63,411 nt of DNA from a virus (lineage: Duplodnaviria; Caudoviricetes). The position numbers were made by a program, and so were the translations under genes. Under the pieces are notes generated by a model. That model did no database searches, was not told the DNA's origin, and worked only from the letters and a program-made list of their open reading frames with translations. Positions within the stretch are counted from its first letter, which is position 1. Each line of letters starts with the position of its first letter. The stretch covers positions 1-63,411 of IMG/VR virus record IMGVR_UViG_3300030106_000472. The stretch is one strand, 5' to 3'. Below are positions 1 to 7,734 of this stretch, in pieces.

Positions 1-32
1 ACTGCAGAAATTGCTTGTTTTTCAATAGCCAT
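1..32 (-). CDS. portal protein N-terminus (partial, runs off window start)
   Basis: ATG at 32 directly downstream of TerL gives MAIEKQAISA...; the portal body at the other window end lacks its N-terminus. Confidence 0.6.
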   Translation of the reverse strand, partial: MAIEKQAISA

Positions 33-58
33 GTTGATAAATCATAGTATGATTTTGA

Positions 59-1585
59 TTAATAATAAACCCTTTCGCCATCATAATACTCCTCTTCCTC
101 TAAATAGTCACTGGTTAATTGTAAAAAACCACCTTCTCTAAACCTTGCTAACGCTAATGTTGTAGCATCAACTAGGTCATCGTTTTCGCCTCCTGGAAAA
201 TCAGAAACTTCTTCCATGAGTTCTTCTCCGAATCTGTTATCAGGCACCCAAACGCGTCCATCTTGGAAAATAGGTGACACAGAATTTAACCTTGCGATTT
301 TATCTTGACCTTTTCCTGGACTAAAAGTATTTACGGGAATGCCTACTCTACGTAATTCTTGTACTAATGGAATACCACTAGCTTTAGCCTCAATAATTAC
401 GGTGTCTGGTGTCCAATATTCATACAAACGTAATGCTTCTGCTTTTAATTCAGGAAAATCAAAACGTTCTTTGATACAATCTATTAAAATTAAATGTGCT
501 TCGTTACCGTGATATATTTCTTCACCGATTTTCCCTTCAGGATAAAAAACTCCCCACGTTGTTATCGCAGTAAAGTCAGCTCTTTCTGATTTTAAAAACG
601 CTGTATCGTAACTTTGTATTAAATAATCGCAAGTAGGTGGTTTATTTTCATCCCAAATTTTAAACCATTCTTTAGGTATAATCGAAATACCTTCACCTGT
701 TGGTCTTTGCATGTATTGTGCCGCCCACTTAGACGGACTAACCGATGCTTTTATGCTTTCAAGTTCTTCTAGTTTCCAAAATTCTTTCCAAAGAGGGTTG
801 CCGCTAGGTAAAATTGCAGGAAATTCTATAATTTCCCACTGATCAGAACCTTCATCTTGTGCCATTTTTCTAGTTAATCGACCTGTTAAGTCTTTTTTGT
901 TCCAACGGGTCATAACTATAACGATTGCACCTCCAGGTTGTAACCTTTGTCGAGGACCTGCCATAAACCATTCGTAAGCCTCATCCATCGCTTTATCAGA
1001 CATAGCGTCTTGTTCAGAGTGTGGGTCATCAATAATAAACAAATCAGCACCTCTACCCGCTAACGCACCACCGATACCTGCTGCGTAATATTCACCACCT
1101 TTATTAGTTAACCATTTACCTGCAGAACGGCTATCTGCTTTTAGTTCTGTTTCAGGAAATAATTCTTTATATTCTTCACCATCAATTAAATCCCTAACTT
1201 TTCTACCAAAATTAATTGCAAGGTCAGCGGTGTGGGTTGCTTCTATAATTTTTAGTTTAGGGTTTTTACCTAACAGATACGCAGGAAATAAATGTGAAGC
1301 AAACTCAGACTTTGTATGTCTAGGTGGCATATTAATAATTAAACGTTTTAATTTACCTGTAGCTATATCATCAAAAGCTTTTGCCATTTTTACGTGATGA
1401 TCGCCATTAATAAATTCAGACCAAATAGATTTTACAAAATCTAAAAAAGTGCTTGTAGCTTTTTCTTGAAACTCTCGTTTTTCTAATTCTTCTAATAAAA
1501 CTGTAAACTCTTTAGCTTCAGCTTTATCTAAATGTGAAAGGTCTATGTTTTTTAAAGCTTTTAACTTATCAGCGTTACTAGTCAT
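59..1585 (-). CDS. terL: terminase large subunit
   Basis: Walker A-like NMPPRHTKS, Walker B LFIIDDP, VMTRW coupling motif, RNase H-like QSYDTA, IEAKASG and DDLVDA motifs. Confidence 0.96.
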   Translation of the reverse strand: MTSNADKLKALKNIDLSHLDKAEAKEFTVLLEELEKREFQEKATSTFLDFVKSIWSEFINGDHHVKMAKAFDDIATGKLKRLIINMPPRHTKSEFASHLFPAYLLGKNPKLKIIEATHTADLAINFGRKVRDLIDGEEYKELFPETELKADSRSAGKWLTNKGGEYYAAGIGGALAGRGADLFIIDDPHSEQDAMSDKAMDEAYEWFMAGPRQRLQPGGAIVIVMTRWNKKDLTGRLTRKMAQDEGSDQWEIIEFPAILPSGNPLWKEFWKLEELESIKASVSPSKWAAQYMQRPTGEGISIIPKEWFKIWDENKPPTCDYLIQSYDTAFLKSERADFTAITTWGVFYPEGKIGEEIYHGNEAHLILIDCIKERFDFPELKAEALRLYEYWTPDTVIIEAKASGIPLVQELRRVGIPVNTFSPGKGQDKIARLNSVSPIFQDGRVWVPDNRFGEELMEEVSDFPGGENDDLVDATTLALARFREGGFLQLTSDYLEEEEYYDGERVYY

Positions 1586-3383
1586 TCAAAAAAGTTCTTA
1601 TAAAATCATCTAAATCTTCGTAAGGTATTTCGTCTACTATATCTAACTTGCTTGGGTCTAAGGATATTATTGTTTCTGCTTCTCCTGTCATTTTTCTTTT
1701 AGGAAAACGTAATGCATCATATCCTTCTTTAGTAAATATATCAGAGAGTTCTGTATTAATATTTGTCGGGTAATTACCCAAATACTTGTCGCCACGTAGT
1801 ATCGTGTTTAAATCAAAGTCTAGTTTTTCTGACCCTAATCTGCTCGGACGTCCTCGATACATTTCTAAATTTTGTAATTTATTTAATACACTGTCAGGCA
1901 TATTATTTATGTCTAATGTTTTTTCAAAGTTAGGTTGTAAAACATATCCAGATCCTGGACCTCCTCTACTGGGTTTGCCGAAGGCATAATCTTTAAATCG
2001 AGGGTCTGTTGGGTTTACTAAAGTATAAATACCTCCTTCAGAAGTTCCTTGACCTTTAGGAAGTTCTAATTTCTCAAGTTGTCTAGTTTGGCTACCATGA
2101 AACAATAAATCTTGTTTAGGTTTTAAGTCTAATTCTCCTTGTACTACTTTAGGTGGTTCTTTAGGAGTTACTTTTGGTTCTAGATTCGGTTTAGCTTTTT
2201 CTTTAGCTATTATCTCATTTAAAGTTTTTTCATCTTTTTGCCAACTTTTCCTATGTCGTTCTGCGGCATTATAGGCAGCATCACCATCACCTGAAGCAGC
2301 ATTCCGCAGTTCACGTTGTTCGTCAAACTTACCTTGTTTAATTTTTTGTTGTAGTTTTGTTACTTTACGTGCGATAAATGATCCTGGAACAAGAGGTAGC
2401 ATACTTGCCCCCATCATTATTCCACCTGCTAGAGGATTACCTTCCTCTACCATATACTCCCCTTCACGTATGCCTTGTACGTCACCGAATCCTGGAATAA
2501 GTTCAGATAAAAAAGTTATATCTTCCGCAAACTTATTTGCGTAATAAGGGTCTTTATAAGACGAACCAAAACCTTCTTCTGGAGCATATTTCATTATAAA
2601 ACTAGCTATTCCCTGACGTTGTTTTTCTAACGGTGAGGGTTCGTAAGGTCCTATTGTTCCAAGTCTTGGATTATCAAGAGTATAATTACCAAGAATGTCG
2701 GTGTTTAAGATAACATCATCTAACATAGGAAAGTCTCTAAAATCAATCTCTCCACCATTAGATAAACGTGTATACTCTCCGCTAGATATTCCTCGAAGAC
2801 TATCTTTTTCTATTTCATTTAAAATACTTTTTTGTTGTTTCATCGCGTCTAACAAAACAGGGTCCATATCTTTCTCAAAATTTTCAAAATTAAACCTGTC
2901 TGCGTCATATTTTTTCATGAAAATGTCATAGTTTTCTTGTGCTAATTCATTTTTATGGTGACGGTTTATATATCCTGGAAAAGACTCTCCCATCTTATTT
3001 GCACCTTCTAACATAAGCATATAAAGATCATTAAGTTGGTTTGCTTTTGCGACTTCAGGAGGGCGTGTTCCATAAACAGTAATTGCAGAGTCACTAACAC
3101 CTCCACCGTTAGCTAACCCCAAAGGCGTCTCTTCTTTATCGCTGAGTAGTTGTATTAATAATGCTAATTCTTCTTCGTCTAAACTAGCGTCTTCTAACAA
3201 AGATTCAAACTCACTGCCTTCTGGTAGTTCTAACTCCATAGAAGGTCCAGGACGTGGGGTAGGGTCTGTGCCATACCCTAGTTGAGCGGGATATTCTGGG
3301 TCTCCAAGTATTTTATTGGTAATTACGTTAGTAGCTACATTAGCACCTATCTTTGATAACATTGCTGCTAGGATCGGATTCAT
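1578..3383 (-). CDS. putative internal virion protein with C-terminal ADP-ribosyltransferase-like (ART-PolyVal-like) domain
   Basis: N-terminus paralogous to ORF 37994-38974; C-terminal LFHGS...GGIYT...YA...GYDALRF...EAETIISLDP pattern. Confidence 0.55.
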   Translation of the reverse strand: MNPILAAMLSKIGANVATNVITNKILGDPEYPAQLGYGTDPTPRPGPSMELELPEGSEFESLLEDASLDEEELALLIQLLSDKEETPLGLANGGGVSDSAITVYGTRPPEVAKANQLNDLYMLMLEGANKMGESFPGYINRHHKNELAQENYDIFMKKYDADRFNFENFEKDMDPVLLDAMKQQKSILNEIEKDSLRGISSGEYTRLSNGGEIDFRDFPMLDDVILNTDILGNYTLDNPRLGTIGPYEPSPLEKQRQGIASFIMKYAPEEGFGSSYKDPYYANKFAEDITFLSELIPGFGDVQGIREGEYMVEEGNPLAGGIMMGASMLPLVPGSFIARKVTKLQQKIKQGKFDEQRELRNAASGDGDAAYNAAERHRKSWQKDEKTLNEIIAKEKAKPNLEPKVTPKEPPKVVQGELDLKPKQDLLFHGSQTRQLEKLELPKGQGTSEGGIYTLVNPTDPRFKDYAFGKPSRGGPGSGYVLQPNFEKTLDINNMPDSVLNKLQNLEMYRGRPSRLGSEKLDFDLNTILRGDKYLGNYPTNINTELSDIFTKEGYDALRFPKRKMTGEAETIISLDPSKLDIVDEIPYEDLDDFIRTFLND

Positions 3384-3453
3384 CTACCAAGTATATGCTA
3401 AACGCTGACCATTTGAAAAGAAAACAAGTAAAATAAAAGTAAAGGAGAAAAGG

Positions 3454-3603
3454 TTAGGAGTGGAGTTCTTGGTTCGCGGGTGGTTTTCTTTTTGTTTCTT
3501 TTTCTTTGGTTTTGAATATTCTATCGAAAGCCTCGTTGAACTTATCGCGGTCAGTGGGTCGTGGTTTGCTGCCTTTGCCTCCGTGCCATTGATCCGTTTT
3601 CAT
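3454..3603 (-). CDS. small phage protein, 49 aa (absent from ORF track)
   Basis: ATG at 3603 abuts the upstream stop; translates to MKTDQWHGGKGSKPRPTDRDKFNEAFDRIFK... Confidence 0.65.
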   Translation of the reverse strand: MKTDQWHGGKGSKPRPTDRDKFNEAFDRIFKTKEKETKRKPPANQELHS

Positions 3604-4230
3604 TTATTTATATTCTACCCATCCTGTAGCTATATATTTTTCTCCGCTTAGTGGTGGATTACCTCTATGTATGTGGGTAAAGTACGCAGGAAAAATTAAC
3701 ATACGACCTTTTTTAGGTTTAATTCTTGTATTTTGATGCAAAAACTCAGTTTCGCCACCTTCTTCTACATCGTTCAAAAATAAAGACCATGCAAGAACTC
3801 TATTTCTATGAAGAGAGCCTGTGTTTTCTGCGTGCCACTGATGATATCCTTCTCCTGGTAACGTTTTTTGTACCTTTCCTTCAAACACAACTAAGTTATC
3901 TACTAAAACAGGGCAATATTTTTCTGCATAAATTTTTAAAATTACTTCATGCATAAATTTTGTAAACCCGTGAACGTGTAAATTAAACTTAGTTTCTTCA
4001 AGCGGTAGTGCACCTTCTGCACCAAAATTACCAAAACCAACAGAAGTGTCTGCTTTTTCTAAAGTATTATTTGTATCGTATTGGTTTCTTGTTAAAGCGT
4101 GTCCCCGTTGTTTCATTACCTCAAAATGATGTAAAAACTCTTGACAATTATCGTCTTTAAAAAAGTCATCGAATATTGCTATATGGTCTTTTCTAAAATC
4201 AACATTACCATGTATGTCTTTATTCGTCAT
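3604..4230 (-). CDS. 2OG-Fe(II) oxygenase (prolyl-4-hydroxylase-like)
   Basis: WHAE (HxE), LFLNDVEEGGETEF, THIHRG, KYIATGW; ATG at 4230 preferred over 4257. Confidence 0.9.
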   Translation of the reverse strand: MTNKDIHGNVDFRKDHIAIFDDFFKDDNCQEFLHHFEVMKQRGHALTRNQYDTNNTLEKADTSVGFGNFGAEGALPLEETKFNLHVHGFTKFMHEVILKIYAEKYCPVLVDNLVVFEGKVQKTLPGEGYHQWHAENTGSLHRNRVLAWSLFLNDVEEGGETEFLHQNTRIKPKKGRMLIFPAYFTHIHRGNPPLSGEKYIATGWVEYK

Positions 4231-4585
4231 CTTTATCGTATTCCCTGTAATACTCAACTATGGATAAAATGTTTTTAGTGTACCTAGTTATATCAGCCAT
4301 GTTCATCGATAAATTTTCATATTGTTGCGTGGTTAAAGCATAGTAGGCAACCGCAGGAGCTTTACCTTCTTCAACGAGTTGTAAATATTCAGCCATGATT
4401 TCTGGTGTGAGGACTTTCCATTCAACACCAACGGCTTGAATCTCCATTGGTAATGGTGGGTGGTACATAGGTGCAGGTAACGCAATCGTATTCACCTCAA
4501 CAGGTTTAGTTGGTACTAACGAACAACCTGTAACAAAGAAGAATGAGCTTAGCAAAACTAAATGGTAGGAATTATTGATCTTCAT
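4220..4585 (-). CDS. outer-membrane lipoprotein, probable o-spanin
   Basis: Lipobox FVTGC after a hydrophobic stretch, Pro-rich segment, overlaps the end of the upstream coiled-coil membrane protein. Confidence 0.7.
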   Translation of the reverse strand: MKINNSYHLVLLSSFFFVTGCSLVPTKPVEVNTIALPAPMYHPPLPMEIQAVGVEWKVLTPEIMAEYLQLVEEGKAPAVAYYALTTQQYENLSMNMADITRYTKNILSIVEYYREYDKDDE

Positions 4586-4961
4586 TGGGGGATTCCTTCT
4601 GGACCGAAGTTAGCTCTACTAAGTCATTCATGACTTGTTTTGTGCCTTTATTAACAATCTTTTCTATTAATCCTGGTTTGTTCAACGCAAGGTTATCTAG
4701 ATCATGCTTAGCAAATGTGTTTCTAAGTTTATTGACCTCACGGAGTGCGTCTTGTTTTTCCGCTTCTAACGTACCAAGACTCGCGGACAGCTGTTCTTGT
4801 TTAGCTAAGTATTGTTTTATTGATTCGTTTTGTTCTGATATTTTATCTTCTAGAACTATTTGATTGGCTTTAGCTTGTGTTAATTGGTTAAATAGATATG
4901 TAGACCCTGCTAAACTAGCAACCAAGAGACCTCCAAGGATTAAACTAACCTTAAACCCCAT
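4572..4961 (-). CDS. probable i-spanin
   Basis: N-terminal TM helix followed by a long coiled coil; adjacent lipoprotein. Confidence 0.7.
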   Translation of the reverse strand: MGFKVSLILGGLLVASLAGSTYLFNQLTQAKANQIVLEDKISEQNESIKQYLAKQEQLSASLGTLEAEKQDALREVNKLRNTFAKHDLDNLALNKPGLIEKIVNKGTKQVMNDLVELTSVQKESPNEDQ

Positions 4962-5437
4962 TATGTTTTCAATGAATATCTATTCATAAGGAAATCTTTA
5001 AAAGAACTAGGTAACGCTTGGTGTTTTTCTTTATATGCTCCTATTGCTGGTAACAAATCTTCTGCAAAAGGAGAAAGTGTTCCTGAACCAAACACACTAT
5101 CGAGGTTGTCTGTGTTTTCTATTACTTTAAGAAAGTCTGAAAACTCTTTTTCCATCGCTTGTGGGTTTACTTCGAAATCTACATTAGCATCGTACCCGTC
5201 ACCGAAGAAGCTGTATGGGTTTTTCTTATAGTCTTTTTTATAGATATATTCTGGAGAAAACTTTTGTCTATCTGCTTTTCTTATGTACTGTAACGCATCA
5301 AAACGTTCTTGTTCGCCTAGTTCTGATAATAATTCATTAAGTCTATTTGGTTCTTGTTCTGGTGGGGAATACATGTTTAAAGGACCAGCAAAAGTGTCTG
5401 GTGTATCGGTTTGTAGTATGTCAAGTATTCCTGCCAT
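4961..5437 (-). CDS. hypothetical protein, possibly virion-internal
   Basis: 158-aa ORF starting MAGILDIL, similar to the MAGIEDLM start of ORF 29353-30066. Confidence 0.6.
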   Translation of the reverse strand: MAGILDILQTDTPDTFAGPLNMYSPPEQEPNRLNELLSELGEQERFDALQYIRKADRQKFSPEYIYKKDYKKNPYSFFGDGYDANVDFEVNPQAMEKEFSDFLKVIENTDNLDSVFGSGTLSPFAEDLLPAIGAYKEKHQALPSSFKDFLMNRYSLKT

Positions 5438-5527
5438 CTATAAAGTATATTCGAAAAAAATTTTTTCGCAAAATTTTTACACTAGGGACTTATTCATAAA
5501 TTACTTGCAAAAGCGGATGCAAGTCCA

Positions 5528-5543
5528 GGGGCGGGCGGGTGGG
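5528..5543 (+). other. perfect G-quadruplex motif GGGGCGGGCGGGTGGG
   Basis: Four G3+ runs with 1-nt loops. Confidence 0.75.
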
Positions 5544-5621
5544 ACCCAGCAGGCGACCGTAAAAGGGGGTATAGGGGTAGCGTATAAGCGATTTAGGGAT
5601 AGAAGTAGATAGGGGAGCGGG

Positions 5622-5652
5622 AAAAGAAAAACCCCGCAAGGAGCGGGGTTTT
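5622..5652 (-). terminator. intrinsic terminator
   Basis: Minus strand AAAACCCCGC-TCCTT-GCGGGGTTTT followed by TCTTTT, downstream of ORF 5671-6006. Confidence 0.85.
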
Positions 5653-5670
5653 AAGGGAGCGGAAAGGGTA

Positions 5671-6006
5671 TTAACTTACAGTTATAAACCCTTTAGATAC
5701 CAACATACCTTTATAGAAGGACCAGATTTTAGTAGGCGTTTGTACTGTTTGTAAACCTACTTCGTCTAACTTACTATTTAAACCCGCTTCGTCCGTACCT
5801 ACTAACTGCTCTACGGTTAGCGTATGGTTAGGGGCTTTAGTTAAGGCTTCTAGTATTTTACCCGCTTGGGCTGGTACTTTACCTTTATTAGTTATTAAAG
5901 TAATAACCGCGTCCTTGCTATAACTACGTCCGCTAGGGGCTTTATAGTTAGTATCTATTAAGCTAGTTTTAGTAGTAGTAGCGTTAGTTTTATTTACGTT
6001 TTTCAT
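5671..6006 (-). CDS. hypothetical early protein, paralog 1 of 3
   Basis: Highly similar to 6333-6641 (IDTNYKAP.GRSYS.DA...PAQAGKI...SKLDEVGLQTVQTP.KIW.FYK). Confidence 0.85.
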   Translation of the reverse strand: MKNVNKTNATTTKTSLIDTNYKAPSGRSYSKDAVITLITNKGKVPAQAGKILEALTKAPNHTLTVEQLVGTDEAGLNSKLDEVGLQTVQTPTKIWSFYKGMLVSKGFITVS

Positions 6007-6081
6007 TTTTATAGTTTCCTATTTAGCGGTTTATTATAGTTTAGTTATTAATTAGTACCGCTTTAACTAAGTAATAAGGTA

Positions 6082-6110
6082 ATTGTACTACTAACCGCTT
6101 TACTTGTAAA
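6082..6110 (-). promoter_or_regulatory. sigma70-like promoter
   Basis: TTTACA-17 nt-TACAAT. Confidence 0.7.
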
Positions 6111-6209
6111 TACCCCTTTACTATTTATTTTAAGTTTATTTTTGGCTCGTCTCTTTACCTATAAGCTACTTACCTTGTTCGTCTCTTCGTCTCTTCTTCT
6201 ATTCTTTGT

Positions 6210-6224
6210 GGGAGGGCGGGTGGG
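6210..6224 (+). other. perfect G-quadruplex motif GGGAGGGCGGGTGGG
   Basis: Four G3 runs with 1-nt loops; shares GGGCGGGTGGG with 5533-5543. Confidence 0.75.
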
Positions 6225-6239
6225 TGAACAGGCGAAGGG

Positions 6240-6277
6240 TAGAGTAGAGTAGAGTAGAGTGATAGAGTAGAGTAGAG
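6240..6277 (+). repeat. (TAGAG)n pentamer array
   Basis: About 7 units with one TGA interruption. Confidence 0.9.
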
Positions 6278-6298
6278 CAAGAGACGATAGATTTGAAC

Positions 6299-6325
6299 GA
6301 AAGAAAGGGCGACCGAAGTCGCCCA
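6299..6325 (-). terminator. intrinsic terminator
   Basis: GGGCGAC-TTCG-GTCGCCC followed by a T-rich tract. Confidence 0.85.
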
Positions 6326-6332
6326 ATCGTGA

Positions 6333-6641
6333 TTAGCTGACAGTTATCAGACCATCCGAAACCAATCTAGCTTTGTAGAACTGCCAGATCTTTCTAGGTG
6401 TCTGCACTGTTTGAAGTCCAACCTCATCCAGTTTACTATCTAACCCAGCCTCATCTTTACCGATAAGGTCCTGGACTGTCATCGTGTGGTCTTTAGCTTT
6501 CACTAAGCACTCGATAATTTTACCAGCCTGAGCAGGCAGTTTACCTGTAGGCGTTGCAACTAATGTAATAATTGCATCGTTGGAATAACTACGACCAGTT
6601 GGTGCTTTGTAGTTAGTATCTATAGTTTTTTCTGTTTTCAT
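6333..6641 (-). CDS. hypothetical early protein, paralog 2 of 3
   Basis: SD AGAAAGGAGAAA; paralog of 5671-6006. Confidence 0.85.
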   Translation of the reverse strand: MKTEKTIDTNYKAPTGRSYSNDAIITLVATPTGKLPAQAGKIIECLVKAKDHTMTVQDLIGKDEAGLDSKLDEVGLQTVQTPRKIWQFYKARLVSDGLITVS

Positions 6642-6694
6642 AATATTTCTCCTTTCTTGAAAACTGGTAGGCTTAATTACCTAACCATGCATTC

Positions 6695-6723
6695 ATTATA
6701 CTACTTTACTTTAAGAAAGCAAC
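6695..6723 (-). promoter_or_regulatory. sigma70-like promoter
   Basis: GTTGCT-17-TATAAT. Confidence 0.65.
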
Positions 6724-6840
6724 CACTAATAGAAACTAATTTACTTTTAATAAATGGATCACAGAAGGCAGGAATCGTCTCTTCTTCTAATCGTCTCTTC
6801 GTCTTTTGTTCTCGGGTATGGGTTCGTGGTCCGTTGGTGT

Positions 6841-6871
6841 TGATAGAGTAGAGTAGAGTAGAGTAGAGTAG
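6841..6871 (+). repeat. (TAGAG)5 pentamer array
   Basis: Second copy of the 6240 array, just downstream of the TerS stop. Confidence 0.9.
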
Positions 6872-6882
6872 ATTGATTGAGC

Positions 6883-7416
6883 TCAATCCTTTTTGGAGAA
6901 CTCACCTTCGATCACGTTTGACTCGCTTGCTCGCTTCTTGATCATTTCTTCAAGTCGAGTGAGTATGTCGTCTTTGGACATCATATCGATCTTCGCGGTC
7001 AGGATCTCGCGTCTATCAATGTAGAGTCCACCTGCTTTGCCTCGATGGACCTCCGCTGTGATGGCTGCGGATATCTGACCTTGCTCTTTTGCCTCTTCCC
7101 GTAGTTCGTGGAGAGTGGACAAATGGTTCTCTAGAGAAACTGCGTCCTTCTCTGAGGCTGCGATTTCCAAGTCGATGAGGTAGTTTCTAACAACTGGGTT
7201 ATGATTTAGTAGAACACTGCCTTGTGTCTTCGCTCCCTTCCTGTCCTTTGTATACCCTGCTTTAATAGCTGATTCAGTAGCTGTTTGTCCTTTCAAATAC
7301 TCCTTACAAAACAGTTTTTGCTTTGAGTTGAGCGGTTGCCATATCTTACCCTTGTCATCAACATATGCTTTACCATCTTCTGTCGGCATTAATGATGTGT
7401 ATGTTAGCTGTTTCAT
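6883..7416 (-). CDS. terS: terminase small subunit
   Basis: LNSKQKLFCKEYL...ATESAIKAGY...GSVLL HTH pattern, AAITAE..RGKA.GLY; SD AGGAG before ATG 7416. Confidence 0.88.
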   Translation of the reverse strand: MKQLTYTSLMPTEDGKAYVDDKGKIWQPLNSKQKLFCKEYLKGQTATESAIKAGYTKDRKGAKTQGSVLLNHNPVVRNYLIDLEIAASEKDAVSLENHLSTLHELREEAKEQGQISAAITAEVHRGKAGGLYIDRREILTAKIDMMSKDDILTRLEEMIKKRASESNVIEGEFSKKD

Positions 7417-7485
7417 CGTATCTCCTGGACTTACCAAATGTTATTATAATAATATTAGAAAACTATATCAATTATATACTTTTCT

Positions 7486-7660
7486 CATGCCCTCTAGGTA
7501 TCTTACCATACATTTGTAATAACTAATAGAAAATCTATTACTTTTGACAATCACAACAATCCAATAACCAAGAGCCTTGTAGCCTGATTCTATTAGTATA
7601 TTAGTGATATTAGTAGTTTTACGATTATTTTTTCAAAAACTTTTTTCTTTTACAGAATAA
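7486..7660 (-). promoter_or_regulatory. AT-rich iteron-like element, candidate origin copy A
   Basis: TATTAG x3 (7591, 7599, 7608), CATGCCCTCTA (7486-7496), A/T tracts; inverted homolog at 27700-27840. Confidence 0.55.
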
Positions 7661-7681
7661 CAATACACATAGATTCAATAG

Positions 7682-7717
7682 AAAAAACCCTCGACCAACG
7701 GAACGCTGATCGAGGGT
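7682..7717 (-). terminator. intrinsic terminator
   Basis: ACCCTCGATCAGCG-TTC-CGTTGGTCGAGGGT followed by a T tract. Confidence 0.8.
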
Positions 7718-7734
7718 AGAGGGGAGGGATAATC

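Noticed and set aside
6240-6871. TAGAG arrays and TCGTCTCTT repeats as a CRISPR array
   Set aside because: Units are 5-9 nt with no regular unique spacers, and no cas genes were recognised.
6657-6886. ORFs 6701-6886 (-) and 6657-6851 (+)
   Set aside because: They translate the microsatellite and promoter region, have no RBS, and are probably spurious.
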